Below, piece after piece: positions 10,275 to 39,384 of a stretch of DNA of 64,000 nt (the stretch's first letter is position 1; each line of letters begins with the position of its first letter). A program made the translations under genes and the position numbers. The notes under the pieces were generated by a model that saw only the letters and a program-made list of their open reading frames with translations, did not search any database and was not told the origin of the DNA. The stretch is from Amoebidium appalachense (lineage: Eukaryota > Protista > Ichthyosporea), in NCBI GenBank assembly GCA_963693365.1, contig CAVNZM010000010.1, positions 7,937,794 through 8,001,793 on the forward strand, read 5' to 3'.

Positions 10275-12128
10275 ATGAAGGGTTTGTGGCTCGAAAACAA
10301 GCAGGTGTCTCTGCGCACAGACATACCAGAGCCCACGCCCAAGTATGGCGAGGCCAAAATCAAAGTTAATGTGGCAGGCATATGCAACACAGACATAGAG
10401 CTACAGAAGGGGTACTACCCTTATACAGGTGTGCTGGGTCACGAGTTTGTTGGTACGGTGACAGAATGCGAAGAGAGGCCCGAACTTGTGGGTAAACGTG
10501 TGGTGGGGGAGATAAACGCAGCCTGCGGGGACTGCACATACTGCACCAGATATGACATGCCTACACACTGTTCACGGCGCACCGTGCTTGGCATCCAGAA
10601 CAGAGATGGGGCGCTGGGGGAGTATACCGTGTTGCCGGCCAAGAACCTGCTGGTCGTGCCTGATAGTGTGAGTGATGAGGTGGCGGCGTTTACGGAGCCA
10701 CTGGCTGCTGCTCTGGAGATACAGGACCAGGTAGGTGGTTTTGGGAGTGAGTGTTGTGTGCGGGCAATGAGGGGATCTAATCATGGGAGAGAGGGTGAAC
10801 TGGAGTACATGAATGAGGAATGCCTTCTTCCTGCCACATATTTCCCTTTTCCCGCCACATCCACTTCTTCTAGTGGGCATTCTTATCGCCCATAAAAGTA
10901 AATCCTCCCCTTACCAAATAGTCTAGCCAGGATGGCTCAGCCTCCGGTGTGCACTGTCGAAAGCACTTATACCCCCCCCCCCCCTTCCCCCCCCCCCTCC
11001 CCCCCCCCCCCCCCCTTTCCCCTCTCCTCCCCCCCCCCCACCAAAAAAAGAAAAAAGAAAAGAATTGACAGAAGAAAGAAATCGAACAGCAATCTTTACG
11101 TACTTCGTTTTCTTTACTTTCAGCTGTTCGTAACCTGGCCCACATTCGGACTCAAGTTGGACCAACAACCTCCTTCCCGCCCTCTCCTTGTCTCTTTAGT
11201 TGCTCTCTCTCTCTTCCTCCTTCTCTTCCCTCCTTCTTTCTCTGCCCACCACCCCCCCCCCCCCCCCCCCCCCCCCCCACACCCACCCAACCACCCACCC
11301 CCTGCTCTCCTCCCCCCTCCCCCCCCCCCCCCCCCCCCCCGGCAGCTTTCTTTGCCTCCCTCCCTTAACCCCCTCCCTCTCCCCCCTCCGTCCCCCCCCC
11401 CCCCCCCCCCCCTCCCCGCCCCACACACGTTTTTTATCAGACATGACTGTCTCTCCCTCGCTCCCCCGGGTCCCCCCCCCCTGCCTCCCCCCTCCCCAGC
11501 CCGCCCCCTTCCCCACCCCTCTTTCTTTCACGAACAGTCACTTGTTTCCTCCCTCTCTTTCCACCCTTCCCCATTCCTTCTCCACTCTAACCTGCCTTTT
11601 CTTCAGTTGAAGATCCTCCCCTTCCACAAAGTTTTGAGCCTTGGCGACGGCAAGTTGGGCCAGTTGGTTGCGCAAACACTGGCCCTAACAGGCTGCCAGC
11701 TGACCGTGTTTGGCCGTCACGACTCCAAGCTGGCAAACTTACGCAAACGGGGCATTGAATGCGTGATTCTTAAAGACAAGAACGTGCTCCCTCCGGAATA
11801 TGGTGGTGCGTTTGATTTTGTTGTGGAGTGCACAGGCAACCAAGGCGGTTTTGAGCTGGCTAGACGTGCTTTGCGCCCACGAGGAACGTTGGTGCTAAAA
11901 AGCACGTATGCAGGAAACTTGACTGTGGATATGAGTGCTATTGTGGTCGATGAGATAACGTTGGTGGGGTCAAGGTGTGGGCCGTTTGACAAGGCACTAA
12001 AAGTTTTGGAGGAGGGGAAGGTGGATGTGAGTGGGCTTATCCAGGCCACCTATGGGGTGGACGAGGCTATGCAAGCTTTTGAAGCGGCACAGCAGCCGGG
12101 TGCACAGAAGGTGCTGGTGAGGTTCTGA
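10275..12128 (+). CDS. Zinc-dependent medium-chain dehydrogenase/reductase (~325 aa); exons 10275-10730 and 11607-12128
   Basis: GICNTD, GHEFVG, structural Zn motif CGDCTYC..C, EPLAA, GDGKLG; phase-0 GT..AG intron with CTCTAAC branch site. Confidence 0.93.
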
Positions 12129-12718
12129 GGGCACGAGAGAAGTGTCTGGGGTGGATGTAGAGGGATTGGTGCATGTTTGCGTTTGGTCTCTGACTGAATA
12201 TTGAAGTGAGATTGGCATGCAGGCTCTGGTGTGTAACGATCTGGATTCTGGAGGATTGGGTGCACATACATGTGATTGTAGGTGTTGTTGCCAGAGAGAG
12301 GGGGGGAAAGATTTAGTTAGACAAAGTGCACTTGCAATTGGGATCATGTATTGAATGCCGGTCGATAAATGTTATGTGTAGAACAACAGCATCCATGTGC
12401 ATGTTTCAAAGCTTCTCAGTGAGTCTAAAATTTCAGGGTGCGGCACTTTTCCGTAACTTTTTGTTAATGCTATGCAACTTCTGTATCATATGCCTTTTTT
12501 TATCTATAACCGTTTTTAGTTTTTAGTTTTATGGGCAAGTACATGTGGGCCCTGCTGTCTTATTATTGAAGACTTCAATATCAAACCGCACCTTCACTAC
12601 TGTAGTGTGGCGTGCTCGGACGGATCCTGCAAGTGTATACGGACTTTCTAATCATTAACGACTCCATGACTCCGCAGTATAACGTACGAGGTCGAGAGAG
12701 GTTTTTTTTGGGTACCAA

Positions 12719-12756
<38 letters not shown>

Positions 12757-12859
12757 GGTTAGTGTGTGCACGTTGATACACATGCACGACGGACAACATA
12801 TAGAAAAGGAAAAAAGGGTGTAGGTGCCCAGGAGTGTATTAAACCCGTTACCCCAGGAG

Positions 12860-13027
12860 AGGGGGGGGTTTAAATGCAGAACATGGTACGAAGTACATAT
12901 ATAGGACGAGAAGCATGGTGCAGGACACCTGCAAATGAAGTCTGCAACATCAGCAATTTGCACAGTATGCGTGATAAGCAGAGGCCATCCTCAGAGGGGT
13001 TGATCACGTCATCCGCAGAAACCGGGG
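12860..13027 (-). repeat. Diverged, truncated copy of the 453-bp family
   Basis: GGTTTAAATGC..GTACGAAGTAC..ATAAGCAGAGGCCATCCTCAG. Confidence 0.75.
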
Positions 13028-15023
13028 GAGGGAGGGGATACGGGGATACACGGCCATTATCCAGTAATTGACCAGCAAGCTTGCACACAACACAGTTTCG
13101 ATTTTGTTTCTGGTGAATAGTGCAACTTTATTTAAACTTCCCGTTTTATGCCTCAAGAACTCCCTCTCTCGTAGTCCACATGGCCAACCCTGCCTTGAGT
13201 GTTAACCTGTCGGAGGGCAGCATGGTCAGTTAAGCCTTGGGACATAAAACGTAACAGCCTGCTATGGGTAGCTTGATCATACAGACAGTCTCTTCAACCA
13301 GCAGTTCAGTGGATTGACAGATTATAAAAGTTGTGTAATATCACGTCAAGCTTGAGCACCGTTAAAAAGAAACACCACGAGTTATCTATCAGGGAGAACG
13401 AAGGTTGTTAAGGGACAACTGAGTGCGCGGCAACCAGGCGAAAAAACATGGTGTAACCTAAAGCACTTTCACTATGGAGCGTCAGAGAAAGAAACAAAGT
13501 GAAGCGGGGGAGGAAGAAGGTGCCAGCGGACAGGGGAGGGGGGGAGAAGGGAGGAGGGGAGCTCACAAGAACCGTGGCCACGGTAGGTATCTCATTGCTG
13601 GACTACCCAAGGCACCTGTGCAGAAAAAACTGGTTAACAAGGAAAGGAACGGCACAGGTAGGTAGAAGCACAAAACGGGAGGCATCAGTGTAACTATGAC
13701 AATAAAGCCGTCATACAACCAGGACACCCATAACGGGCTCCTTAGTTTCCTGCAAGATAGTTGTCATCCTTGCCACCCAAAACTGGCTACCGCTACACGT
13801 GAAAGAAATAAATCCCAAGGCACGCGAACGTATCAAGCTACAGCTGCATACACGGATGGGTTCTATCTAAAGCTCGTCGTTTTTGTGTGAGAAGGCTAGC
13901 TAAAGCGGACACCTAAACCCCAAGGGTTCAGGGAAACAGCCCATTCCAAGGGATAATTACATTTACAATTCCAATTCGGCCTAACCAACCCACACATATA
14001 TCAGCCGTGTTGGGCACGCCGTAAGCAACACTGAAAGACAAAATACCTTATCTTCTACAGCCATTACAAAACGAAGACGAAGGTAAACAAAAAAACACAA
14101 AAAAAGTGCAAGGACCTCGTTTTCTTCTTTTCTCTACATGGGAAATATTTGGGAACACGAACCTTGACCAACACGTGAGTGGGACGAGGTCAGACACCGT
14201 GAGGCTTTTTATACATCACAACCGGTCTTCAGAAGCCATGACATTTAGCAAGCACAAAATATTACCAAAACTCGTATCAATTTAAAGCAGGTTACGGAGC
14301 ACATGTAGCGAATGGTTAGCAATTGTTAGATCTGCACACTGGATCTCCAAATGTGCAGGGATTATAGCAGATCGAGGTCGATCTGAGGGCGATCGCTCCG
14401 CTCAAAAAAGATCCCACGCCTGAAGCACACTTTCCTATGAGCAAAGTGCGGAGGTGATCGCAATCTAGCTTGAGCTTTTCTGTTAGTCAATCATGTTCCG
14501 ACTATAGCTGTTAAAAGTATAGCTAGTTTTTAAACATGCTTTTACGATTCATTTTTTGTTTAGAGTCATGATCTACTTTTAGAACTGCTTTCAACTATTG
14601 GCTTACCTACCGCACCGTCACAGCTGCCACTATTCAAAGTGTCGTTCAGATCTTCTCGAAAGAATAGCTGTGTTATTTCTGAAATGAGAAGGGGGTAAAA
14701 GGCTAAAATTTACAACGTAGCACTGCAAGATAATTGAGTAGAACAGTATTGCGCCAAGTTTTGCGCGAAGATACGTTTTTCTTGAGCATAGTATTCAAAA
14801 TTTTACTGTTCTTTTGGGGCAACGCTTTTGAGGTGACTTATGTGTTGTTTGCCTTTCTGTTTTTTTCCTCCGAGCGTGTGTAAATCGTTGTACAAAGCTT
14901 TTATTCGCGCACAAGCTACACAAATTGACAATCTTTTTCCTCTGATAACGGCTGTAAATAATATTCGGCCTCTTTTCTTTCCTGTTTCATCCACGTACGA
15001 GAGAGAGAGACAAGACGTAGTTC

Positions 15024-18000
15024 ATGCCGGCCACCCCGGCCACCGTTGAATCTCAAGGGGTCCAGCCGGTTAATGTGTCACCTGCTGATTCCGTTGTTGA
15101 TGCAACGAAAAACGAAGTGGAAAAACTAAAGAAATTTACGGAGGAGAGAATAGTTCTAAACATGTCGGTCACTACGGCTACCGTAGAAGCTCAGGTGAAA
15201 GAGTCGGTGGATGTGTGGTCTGCAGATTCAATCGTTGATGCAGCAGAGAAGGAGGCAGAAAAACTGAAGAAGCATACGGGAGAGGGAGATAAAACAGCCG
15301 TGTACCCAATGATAGACGAACTGGCAAGGCCAGAAAAGCCAGCAGTGGCCGGCATACACCACGACACTAGCAAGAAGAGTGAAGTAAAACGGATACCTTT
15401 AGACGCGCTAAAAACGACACCTTCAGTGAGTGAGCTTGGCACTACAGTGTCTGATGTTGACATCTGTGTGCCAGATGTGGTGGCCGAGTCGCTTAGTGAA
15501 CCCGAAGTGGCACAAGAGAATCCAAAGCATGTTCTGGAAGGTGCACCACATGTACCGGCACCTGAAGAGAGACGGCGTGTAACGTAAGTAGTCGGTGGTC
15601 TTCTCTCTTGGTCTCCCCTCTAGTTTCTGGGACCTCTTACTGCTTCCTCGGGTGTTGTGGATGAGCCTGATTTTCTTCATCTTGCAGTGGCCACTGCTCG
15701 GCAAATGACCTTCGCTTTTATTCCTTTTGTTTTGTTTAGGTTCAGTGGTTCTTCCTGGGCTTGTATCTGACTTTACCTGCTCCTGATACCCTATGGGTAA
15801 ATCTCTTCCGTTACTCCACTTTTTCCCTCCTCTCACCCTATCAATTTACCTCTATCTGCCCCCCCCCCACCCCCTCTCCCCCCCACCCACATCCCCTCCC
15901 CCCACCCACCCGTAACCCCCCCCCCCCCCCCCCCCCCCTCTCTCCCCCTTTTTAGCTCCTCTTACCTTCCTTTCTGCTGCCCTTTTTCTTCTTTCCAAAC
16001 CCCTGTTCAGGTTTTTCCTAGTCTCCGCTGCGCGTTCCCCATGCAACCCATTTGCCATCCATCCTTTTTCTCATTTTTGTATGATGCAGGCATTTTTTTG
16101 CTGGCACTTTCGGTCTATCTGTGCTTTGTCCTCTCGTGTTGACCAGCACTTTCTTTGGCCCTGCTGGCCCCCCCTCCCTCCTCCCCCCCTTCCTCCTCCT
16201 CCTCCTCCTCCTCATCTCCCGGCTTTTAACAACCCCCCCCCCCCCCCCCCCCCGCCCTTCGTTTTTCCTTTATTTTTCAACCACCCATGCCCTATTCCTT
16301 TCACCAAAGGTCCAGCACTTTCCCTTTGCCCTCCCCCACCTTTACCAACCCTCCCACCCAACCATAGTTCACTTCGTCTTCTCCCCTATTCTCTCTCCTG
16401 TATTTCCTTGTTTGAAATGCTCCTGCTAGCAGAGCCTGTTCTGATAACCTGCTTTATCCTCTTTGAAGTCAAAGCAATTCCTGTTGTAATGCAACATTGG
16501 CACCAAGGGTGTCCTGCATCGCACCGCCCATGCTTAAAACCCCTCCACTGCACACGGCTGGTTGGACTTAAACTGTCCTTGCATAGCTCACCTGTCTACC
16601 TGCGATGCTACACCAATGGTTTGCTCCTTCGGATGTTTGCACCTTTTCCTTGCTGTCGTGTCCGTTGCCATCGATTCCCGGTGTCCATGCCTGGCCCTTT
16701 CCCCCCCTCCCCCTCTTCCCCCCTCCCCAGATACATAAATGTGCATATGCCCACCTCTCACATACATGCACAGACATAGATGCACAGGCGCCCACACGCG
16801 GTAACACTTTGTTCCTGCTCGTCTGGCTCTCGTTCGTGTGCTCATAATGCGACCACACAAAGTGTTTTGTCTTGGCTCTGTTATGCCATCGTGCCTTTGT
16901 ATTCACCTTGTGCCTGTCTTTATTTCTCCTTTCACGTTTCAAGGCGCAAAGTCTCCACTCCCGTGTCCCCCCCCCCCTCCCTCCCTTCCTATTTGCTGCC
17001 TCTGCTATTATTTGCTTTTCTTTTGTGTTCTCATTTCGGTGGCTCCCTCATTTGTTCATGTTTGCCAACCCCATCCACACAATACCTCCCTTCCCCCCTT
17101 CCCCCCCCTCCCCCCCCCCCCCCCTTCCCCCCCTTCCCTTGCTGCATTCTCTCTCCTGTTGCCCTCCTGTCTTCCCCTTCAACCACCTCACTCCCCTCCC
17201 TTTGCCTGTCCTCTCCCTCCTGTGCCCTCAACCCCCACAGCCATTCGTCCCCTCCATCCCCCCTCCTCCTCCCTCTCGGCCCACCCATGGGGGTGGGGGG
17301 GAGGGGATGGGGGTGGGGGGGGAGAGGGGATGGAAACACGCTTCACTCACACACATTCACGCACACAAGTGGAGATATGGGCACCAACATTTGCGTCATG
17401 AGAATGACAACTCTGTCCTCCGTTCTCTGTCTCTTCCCCCTCTTCCTCCCCCCCCCCCCCCCCCCCTCTCCCCTCTCCTGCCTCCCTTCTCCCCCTCTCC
17501 CTTTCTTCCCTCCTCTGTCCTCCGTCTCCTCTCCGCCCCTGCTTCCCTCCCTCCCTCCCTCCCTTTCTACTTCCCTCGCTGTGTTCATCATTCTCTCTCT
17601 CTCTGTCCTTCTCCCCCCCCCCCCCCCCCCCCTCTCGCTCTCTCTCTCTCTCTCTCGCTCCCCTCCCCCCCCCCCCCCCCCCTCTCTCTCTCTCTGCACT
17701 CACTCTCGCACTGTCTCTCTCTCGCTGGCTTTCCCTTCCAGCTCCACCCCCCTCCCTCTCTCCCCCCCGGGGAATAGGTCGAAACTCGGGTACTGTGGAT
17801 GACGTGGGCCCCCCCTGAGGATAGGCTCTGCTTATTATGCATACTCTTTATGTATGGCTTGCATTCTGCATCGTGTTATCCGTTTGTTCTTGTGTACTTC
17901 GTACTTTTTGACGCATTCAAACCCCCCCCCCCCCCCCCTTCTTTCCCCGGAGGATGGGTCCGATTAATGATGCATGCTTTATGTGTATGGTCTGTAACTT

Positions 18001-18139
18001 CTGCATCGTGTGTGGTGGTGGTGGTTGGTTGGTTGGTTTTTGGGGGAGGGGGGGTTCACCGTGAATGTGTGTACTTCGTTCTCTGTAACATATTTTAAAA
18101 ACGCACGACCACTACCACCCGCACCAGCAGGCGTGCGCG

Positions 18140-18193
<54 letters not shown>

Positions 18194-19083
18194 CACACAC
18201 ATGCACACACAGCATAAGGCCACCCTCTTAACCCACACAACACACCCGAGTCATCATCATCCTTTCCCCCTGCACCTTCCCACATCTGTACCCCCTACGC
18301 TCCCTGCAATGCCACCTCACGCCCTCCATATCGCACCACCCACATGCACACAGTACTAACTCACTGTGTGTACACAGCTGGGGCAAATACAACCACCTGC
18401 ACTTCACCTACGCGCCATGGCAGTACAACCGTCGGCCCTTGGACCAAAAATTCACCGACCACGACATGTTGCTTATCCGCAAAGAGTTGGACGATTTGCA
18501 CAAGGAATTGTTCCCCAACCAGGTGCTATATACGGTCATGCCTAGTGTGCGCACAGTACCTGAGACTACCATGCAGACGTTCAAACGCAGGCTGAGCGGA
18601 AGTTTTGACGGGTTGAAGGGCCACGTGAAAAAGATGACTTCGTTTACGGAACTCGGCGCGGACCATGCGCTTATTCACCACCTACCACGGCCCAGTGTGG
18701 AATTACGCGATCATACGCCCGAAGACTCGAGCGGAGAGGACTCTACCCCACCCTCCTCCCCAACCAACAGTCCTGGTATTTCCAGCCGCCTTGTGCAAAT
18801 GTTTTCACCCCGTTTGCGCTCGAGTAGTGTTGGGCACACGGGTGCAAAGGAGAGATCATCTCTCTCGGAGGAGTTACAGGGAGGAGATAGTGAGAGGGGC
18901 AGGGAGGAAAGGAAGGGGAAGGAGAGGGAGAGGTCTAAGAGCCCTATGAGGCGGCTGTTTGATTTGTCCCCACGTTCTAGTACAAGTAGTAGGACGGACT
19001 CACCAAGGGCTAGCAAGGGAGGTTCAGGAAAACTACAGGCCATGTGCTCAGTTCCTAATATTGTCGTCACTCAGTTTGACTAG
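15024..19083 (+). CDS. Putative PP1 regulatory subunit with a Phactr/Bni4/neurabin-type PP1-binding region (~421 aa); exons 15024-15583 and 18378-19083
   Basis: The spliced junction reads RRVTWGKYNHLHFTYAPWQYNRRPLDQKFTDHDMLLIRKELDDL: an RVxW motif, then Y-D/N-RR and IRKEL as in Phactr/Bni4. Exon phases match. Confidence 0.72.
17765..17938 (+). repeat. 5'-truncated copy (variant B) of the 453-bp family
   Basis: GGTCGAAACTCGG..CTGAGGATAGGCTCTGCTTAT..GCATTCAAA plus C-run. Confidence 0.85.
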
Positions 19084-19099
19084 AGATGGAAGGGGAGAA

Positions 19100-19132
<33 letters not shown>

Positions 19133-20107
19133 TGGAGGGGGATACGCACATCATGTTTGTCAGCATTTATAGATCTTTGTTAAGTCTTAGACTACCCACT
19201 AACCACCAGACTTGTCTGTACGAATTCAGTATTATAGTGTTAGCAAATTATAAGGCTGTTTCCTATGTCTATGCACTCTTTGGTTGGGCCAGTCACCTGT
19301 TTTGTTCTTTTCCGCTTTTCTGTACCATACTGTCCCCTCATCCTTTTCTCTCTTGCTTCCCCGTCTCCCCTCAAAGATACTTACGTATACACCACATATG
19401 ACACACAGACACTGCCACCGCCACTTTGACCACTTCACCTACTCCTCCATCCTTTTCTTTATTTATTTATTGATTTGTCTTTTTTTTTTTTTTTTTTCTT
19501 TTTTTTGTTGTTGTTGTTGTTGTGTTGTGTGTGTTGGGGAAATGACCGTTGTAGCAATAGAAGTGTTAGAAGGACCGAATTGATTGGGGTTTGTTGATCA
19601 CACAGCGGCATGTACGAGAGAATTCCGCGTGGATAAGTGGTGCACGTATTGTGTCCATGCATGTGCACGTATTAGGAAGGTATAAATACATGTATTAGGA
19701 AGGTACCTTAAAGGGCACGTTATAAGCCGCAGTGTTAGTGCTAACAAAGCATGGGTGGCACGGTGGTGTAGCATTGTGTTGATTGTGCCCATATTAATTC
19801 ATTGAAGAACACTGGTGCAGCTGGTCTGTTAATAGAAGATGGCTGAGTTTAAAATTTTGTTTAGAGTTAACCATTGGCCAAAACGTTAATGTTGCCCAGC
19901 CTGCCACCTGGGTTTGGCCCATGGAGGGCCCCCTTAGCGATCAAACATCATTTGCCACCCTTACCCCCCCCCCCCCCCAAAAAAAAAAAAAAAAAAAGAA
20001 AAAGAAAAGAAAAAAAACCCCCCTCCCACCCACTGCAGCAACACATGTAACCAAGTTACTGCAGGTCACACATGTGTACACGCAAACTTAATCATAATGA
20101 CGCATTT

Positions 20108-20153
<46 letters not shown>

Positions 20154-21252
20154 ACACCCACACCACACAAAAGCCTCTCCAAAAAAAGAGGGAGGGGGGG
20201 CAGGGGCGGGGGAGGAAGAAAAGAAAGAAAGGGACTTTCTCGGCCCACCTCCACCCCCTTGCAACGGGCCACACGAGGCCACATGTGCACATGTGCACAC
20301 AGTGTCGTCGGTTCACACACACACTGCGCACACCCACGAGGCTCGTACACAAACTTAAGCACGCACACATGTCATTGAACCCAGGCACACAAACGTGAAC
20401 GTACCCGCGTGCCTGTGTGCACGGCACACACACCCATGCCCTGGGCCACGTGCACGCACGCACAACACATGTACACACAGACCCTGCGTTAAACGCACAC
20501 ACAAACATGCACTCACACGGACGTGCGCGCGCACACACTGGCACACACGTATCCGGCCGGTGAATAAGCACCCAGTCCGGCTTCACGTGGTAGTTACGTA
20601 AATAATTATATTATTTTAATCTTTTATCCATGCCGTTGCAAATATACTATAAATAAAAAATTGGTGGCCACCACTGGCTTACCAATAACGTGGCCACGCC
20701 GAGAGGCCATCATATGAACTGTTTAAACACTTCTTGTTGGGGGGAGGGGGGGGGGGGGGGGGGGAGAGGGGGGGGGGGCTCTATAGCACACCGCTAAGTG
20801 TTTTTCCTCTATGGGGGCCTACAGGGCCAACAAAACTAGTCGGGCTATAGCTAGTGGGAGGGGCACATGGCACTGCCACAGCGTTACTAACTTACTCATG
20901 AATACGAAGTATGCAGAAAAAAAGACCCACACGAGTAGTCAAAAAGAGAAGAAAAAAGGAGAGTGAGGGGAAAGGAGAGGACTAAAACTGTACATTAGGG
21001 CCGGAGGGCACTATATACTTTTGGGGGGGGGGGGGGGGGTCTCGTTCATGTTGCAATAAAAATGGCCAAGAAAGTAAGCAATTTCGTACATCGATATCAA
21101 TATAGTACCGGTCATAACCCTCCCAACACCCAAAAAAAGCATATTCTGTACACACATACTGTACGAACAACAAAACACAAAACCCAAAAAAAAAAGATCT
21201 CAGAGAGAGACACAGTCTGCTGGAGCATACATACACAGGCATAAATTAGACT

Positions 21253-36393
<15,141 letters not shown>

Positions 36394-38561
36394 TTTTGCG
36401 TCTGTAGACTTGATGTGCTATAGCTAGTGGGATCCGTATATGAGGTGTATGAGCACCGGGTTTATCAAGAGGATGCCGGTTCGTTATAGCTTCGAAACCA
36501 ACAAAGGATCTTTTGGGTACCTCCTGCTGAGAAGAAACTACAACCGCCAATCCTCCTGCTGAGAAGAAACTACAACCGCCAATTACCACCGAACAGGAAC
36601 ATTCAAACGCACACGGCTGTTATCTAAAACAAACAAGGTACAGAAATAATATTTAAGTTAATATATATTAGAAGTACGCTTACAGCTGTAACTTGTATAA
36701 GCAAGAAATAGACTACAAGTGGACACAGAGACTCTAGAGTGTGAGGATTTTTGTTTCACTTTCGCCTTGCGCACTTGTCTCCCTTCTCTCTTGTTGTTTC
36801 TGTTTTTGCCTTTTTGGTGAGGTGGCTCAGTGCATCAAAATTTTTGAGAGCCATTTGATTGGCCTACACGTCATCACTTAAAGTTTTACATGACTTTCAG
36901 CCAATCACCTTCCTCACGCAAACACAGATGGGACGTCACAGAGTGACCAGCCAGTGCGCGCTGTGTGGTCACTGTGCAGCGCCCCCAAAGTTCCTGAGGG
37001 AGAAGCAGCCCTGCGGGACCGTAGTAAAAGACGCCAAACCTTAGTATATGTGCCCAATATATGGCCTATTTTCTGCGCAGCTGCCAGCCGCCACAGACAA
37101 AAGCTGCATGTGGGCCGTGGTTACAATACACCACCACCTAACCAGAGGTGGGGGGTCGGCGTTAGGACCGCCAAGAGCGATGCCAGGGGGGCTGAATCTA
37201 ATTATTTAGCGTGTGGAGGAGGTGGGAGGTAAGGAGGGTGAGGTGGGGGGGGGGGGGGGGGGGGGGGGGGGGGAGGTGGGAGGGAGGTTGAGCGGGGAGG
37301 GTGAGGGATGACAGTGTAAGAGTGCTGTTATTACATCATTATAAAAGTGATGCCATACTCTCCACAGTACAGCTCACCAGTACTCAGCGGCAAGTAAAGC
37401 GGCACACGGAATCTGTGACCGCGGTGCGAGTGGAGGGAGAGCTTGCACGCATGGTTGTGCTTAGACGTAGAGGGGGTTCGAACGGTTGAGAGATACTTTA
37501 GCCCCACTCCCTTTTCTATGAATGGAAAATGCATGGCATGTGTGTGAAAGTGTGTGCGTGCGTGCAGGTTGAAAGTGGTGTTTCTGGTGCTTAGTTGGGT
37601 GATTCTGGGCCCAAGATGCGTCCTTAGCAATAATAAGCGCGTATTACCTTTGGTGCCTAGAGTGATGGACCAAGTGGTAACTTGGTACCACAACGGCGGC
37701 TGTCACAGGCCATCTAGATCTGGGATGGGTGGGTTAACGTTGGCTCAGGAGCCGGGCATCTGGTGCATGGTCATGACGGTTTTTCTTTTCTTTTCTTTTC
37801 TTTTCGTTTCTTTTTTTTTTTCTTTTTTTTTTTTTTGTGGTGGTGGTGGAGGGGGAGGGTTGAGGGGGGGAAGAGGAGGGGACGGGGGAAGGGGGGGGTG
37901 GGGGGGAAAGGGTGGGGAGGGGGGGGGGGGGGGAGGGAGGCTGGTGCTTCCCTTTAATCTTAATCTTTTTTTTTTTTTTTTTTTTTGGGGGGGGGGGGGG
38001 GGGGGGAGGGGATAGGGGGGGGGGGGGGGGGGGGGGGGGGGGAGGCGGGCGGAGCTGATGGGCATGGCATTGGCATGGCATTGGTTAGAAATGCAAATAG
38101 CCTGTACAAATTTGTAGTCCGAGGGCCCGGGGTGCATGTCTGAATTGACCCTTTTTGAAATACACCTTTTTTTTTATACATAGCCACGATCATGCAGATG
38201 ATAGTATGTGCACGCATATGTTGGGTGCGTTTCACCCAACCACGACATAATATAGTGCAGCTTCCATGATTCAGTCTATGCCAAATGTCTGTTATCATGC
38301 ATCGTTGATCTAGTTTTGCCAAGAAAGGGTCTAGGCCTAATCGGCTGTCGAAACTAACTCAAACGTCCCGTGGGCCGGTGTGTTCGTGTTCTGTGCACAG
38401 TGCTTAATTTTATTTGCTTTTCCTCTGTCCCCCCCCCTCCCCCCTCCCCCCAACCTTCGTTACTTGTGTACAACTAGCCTAACGGTTGACTCCGTACAAG
38501 AACGTTATTTGCTACAATTTGTGTGTCAATGGGATGACTGAAGGAGGGTGGGGTGGGGGGA

Positions 38562-38595
<34 letters not shown>

Positions 38596-38947
38596 GATGA
38601 AGAAGGGGTGGGGCCCCAGGGGGGCTCAGAGTTCGGATTCCACATTTTATATCAAGGCCCCAGCTTCGGAAAATACTTGTATTATACTTCAAATTACACA
38701 TGACGTATATATACATGCATAACCTCTGTACCATAACCAACATTTTAACAAATATCCCAGCATACTCAATCACAATTCTTTACGTATTTCACATGTGCAC
38801 ACACTTTTAACAAGTGTTAGATTCAATCATCGTATGATATTGTGCATATTTATCGGTGGCGATTCCATTTCTGACCAACACACTCAACACACAAGCAAGT
38901 TAAAATTTTAAAATCACTCGCCTGCAAAGCACATACATGTGGGGCTA

Positions 38948-39338
38948 CTACTGCTCCATAGCCGCTGGTACAGCCTTGCCTAACTCCCTCTGTAGCTCAG
39001 CAATCTTTCTATCCGCATCGTCCAAATAGTCACAAAACAGCGCCGCTTCCTTTTCTCGCGCATTCAATGCTCTCTCCAGTCTCCGCACGCTTTCATTCAA
39101 TCGCTTGACTTGGTCTCTCAAATCTTGCACCTCTCCCTCGAGTCGTTGTCTGTCAGGGAAGCTTGGGCTAGTTGCGTTGTGTGTGTGGCCTGCGGCATGT
39201 GCAGGGGTGGCTGGTGCTGAGGTCTGTGTGTGTGCGTGTGTTTGTGTGTGTGTTTTTTTTTTTTGGTTTTTTTTTTAAGTGTGTTTTTGGGTGTGCGTGT
39301 ATGTGTGTGTGTGTGTGCGCGTGTGCGTGTGTGCGCGC

Positions 39339-39384
<46 letters not shown>

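Noticed and set aside
16081-17842. Long Pro/Gly/HT/CV-rich ORFs here and throughout the window
   Set aside because: Translations of intronic homopolymers and microsatellites.
19730-20900. Possible degenerate MITE inverted repeats
   Set aside because: Similarity too weak and no TSD found.
36860-37210. CpG-rich segment (similar one at 49200-49430) as an ncRNA or small gene
   Set aside because: Lies upstream of a gene start next to CCAAT and TGACGT motifs; promoter sequence suffices and I recognise no RNA family.
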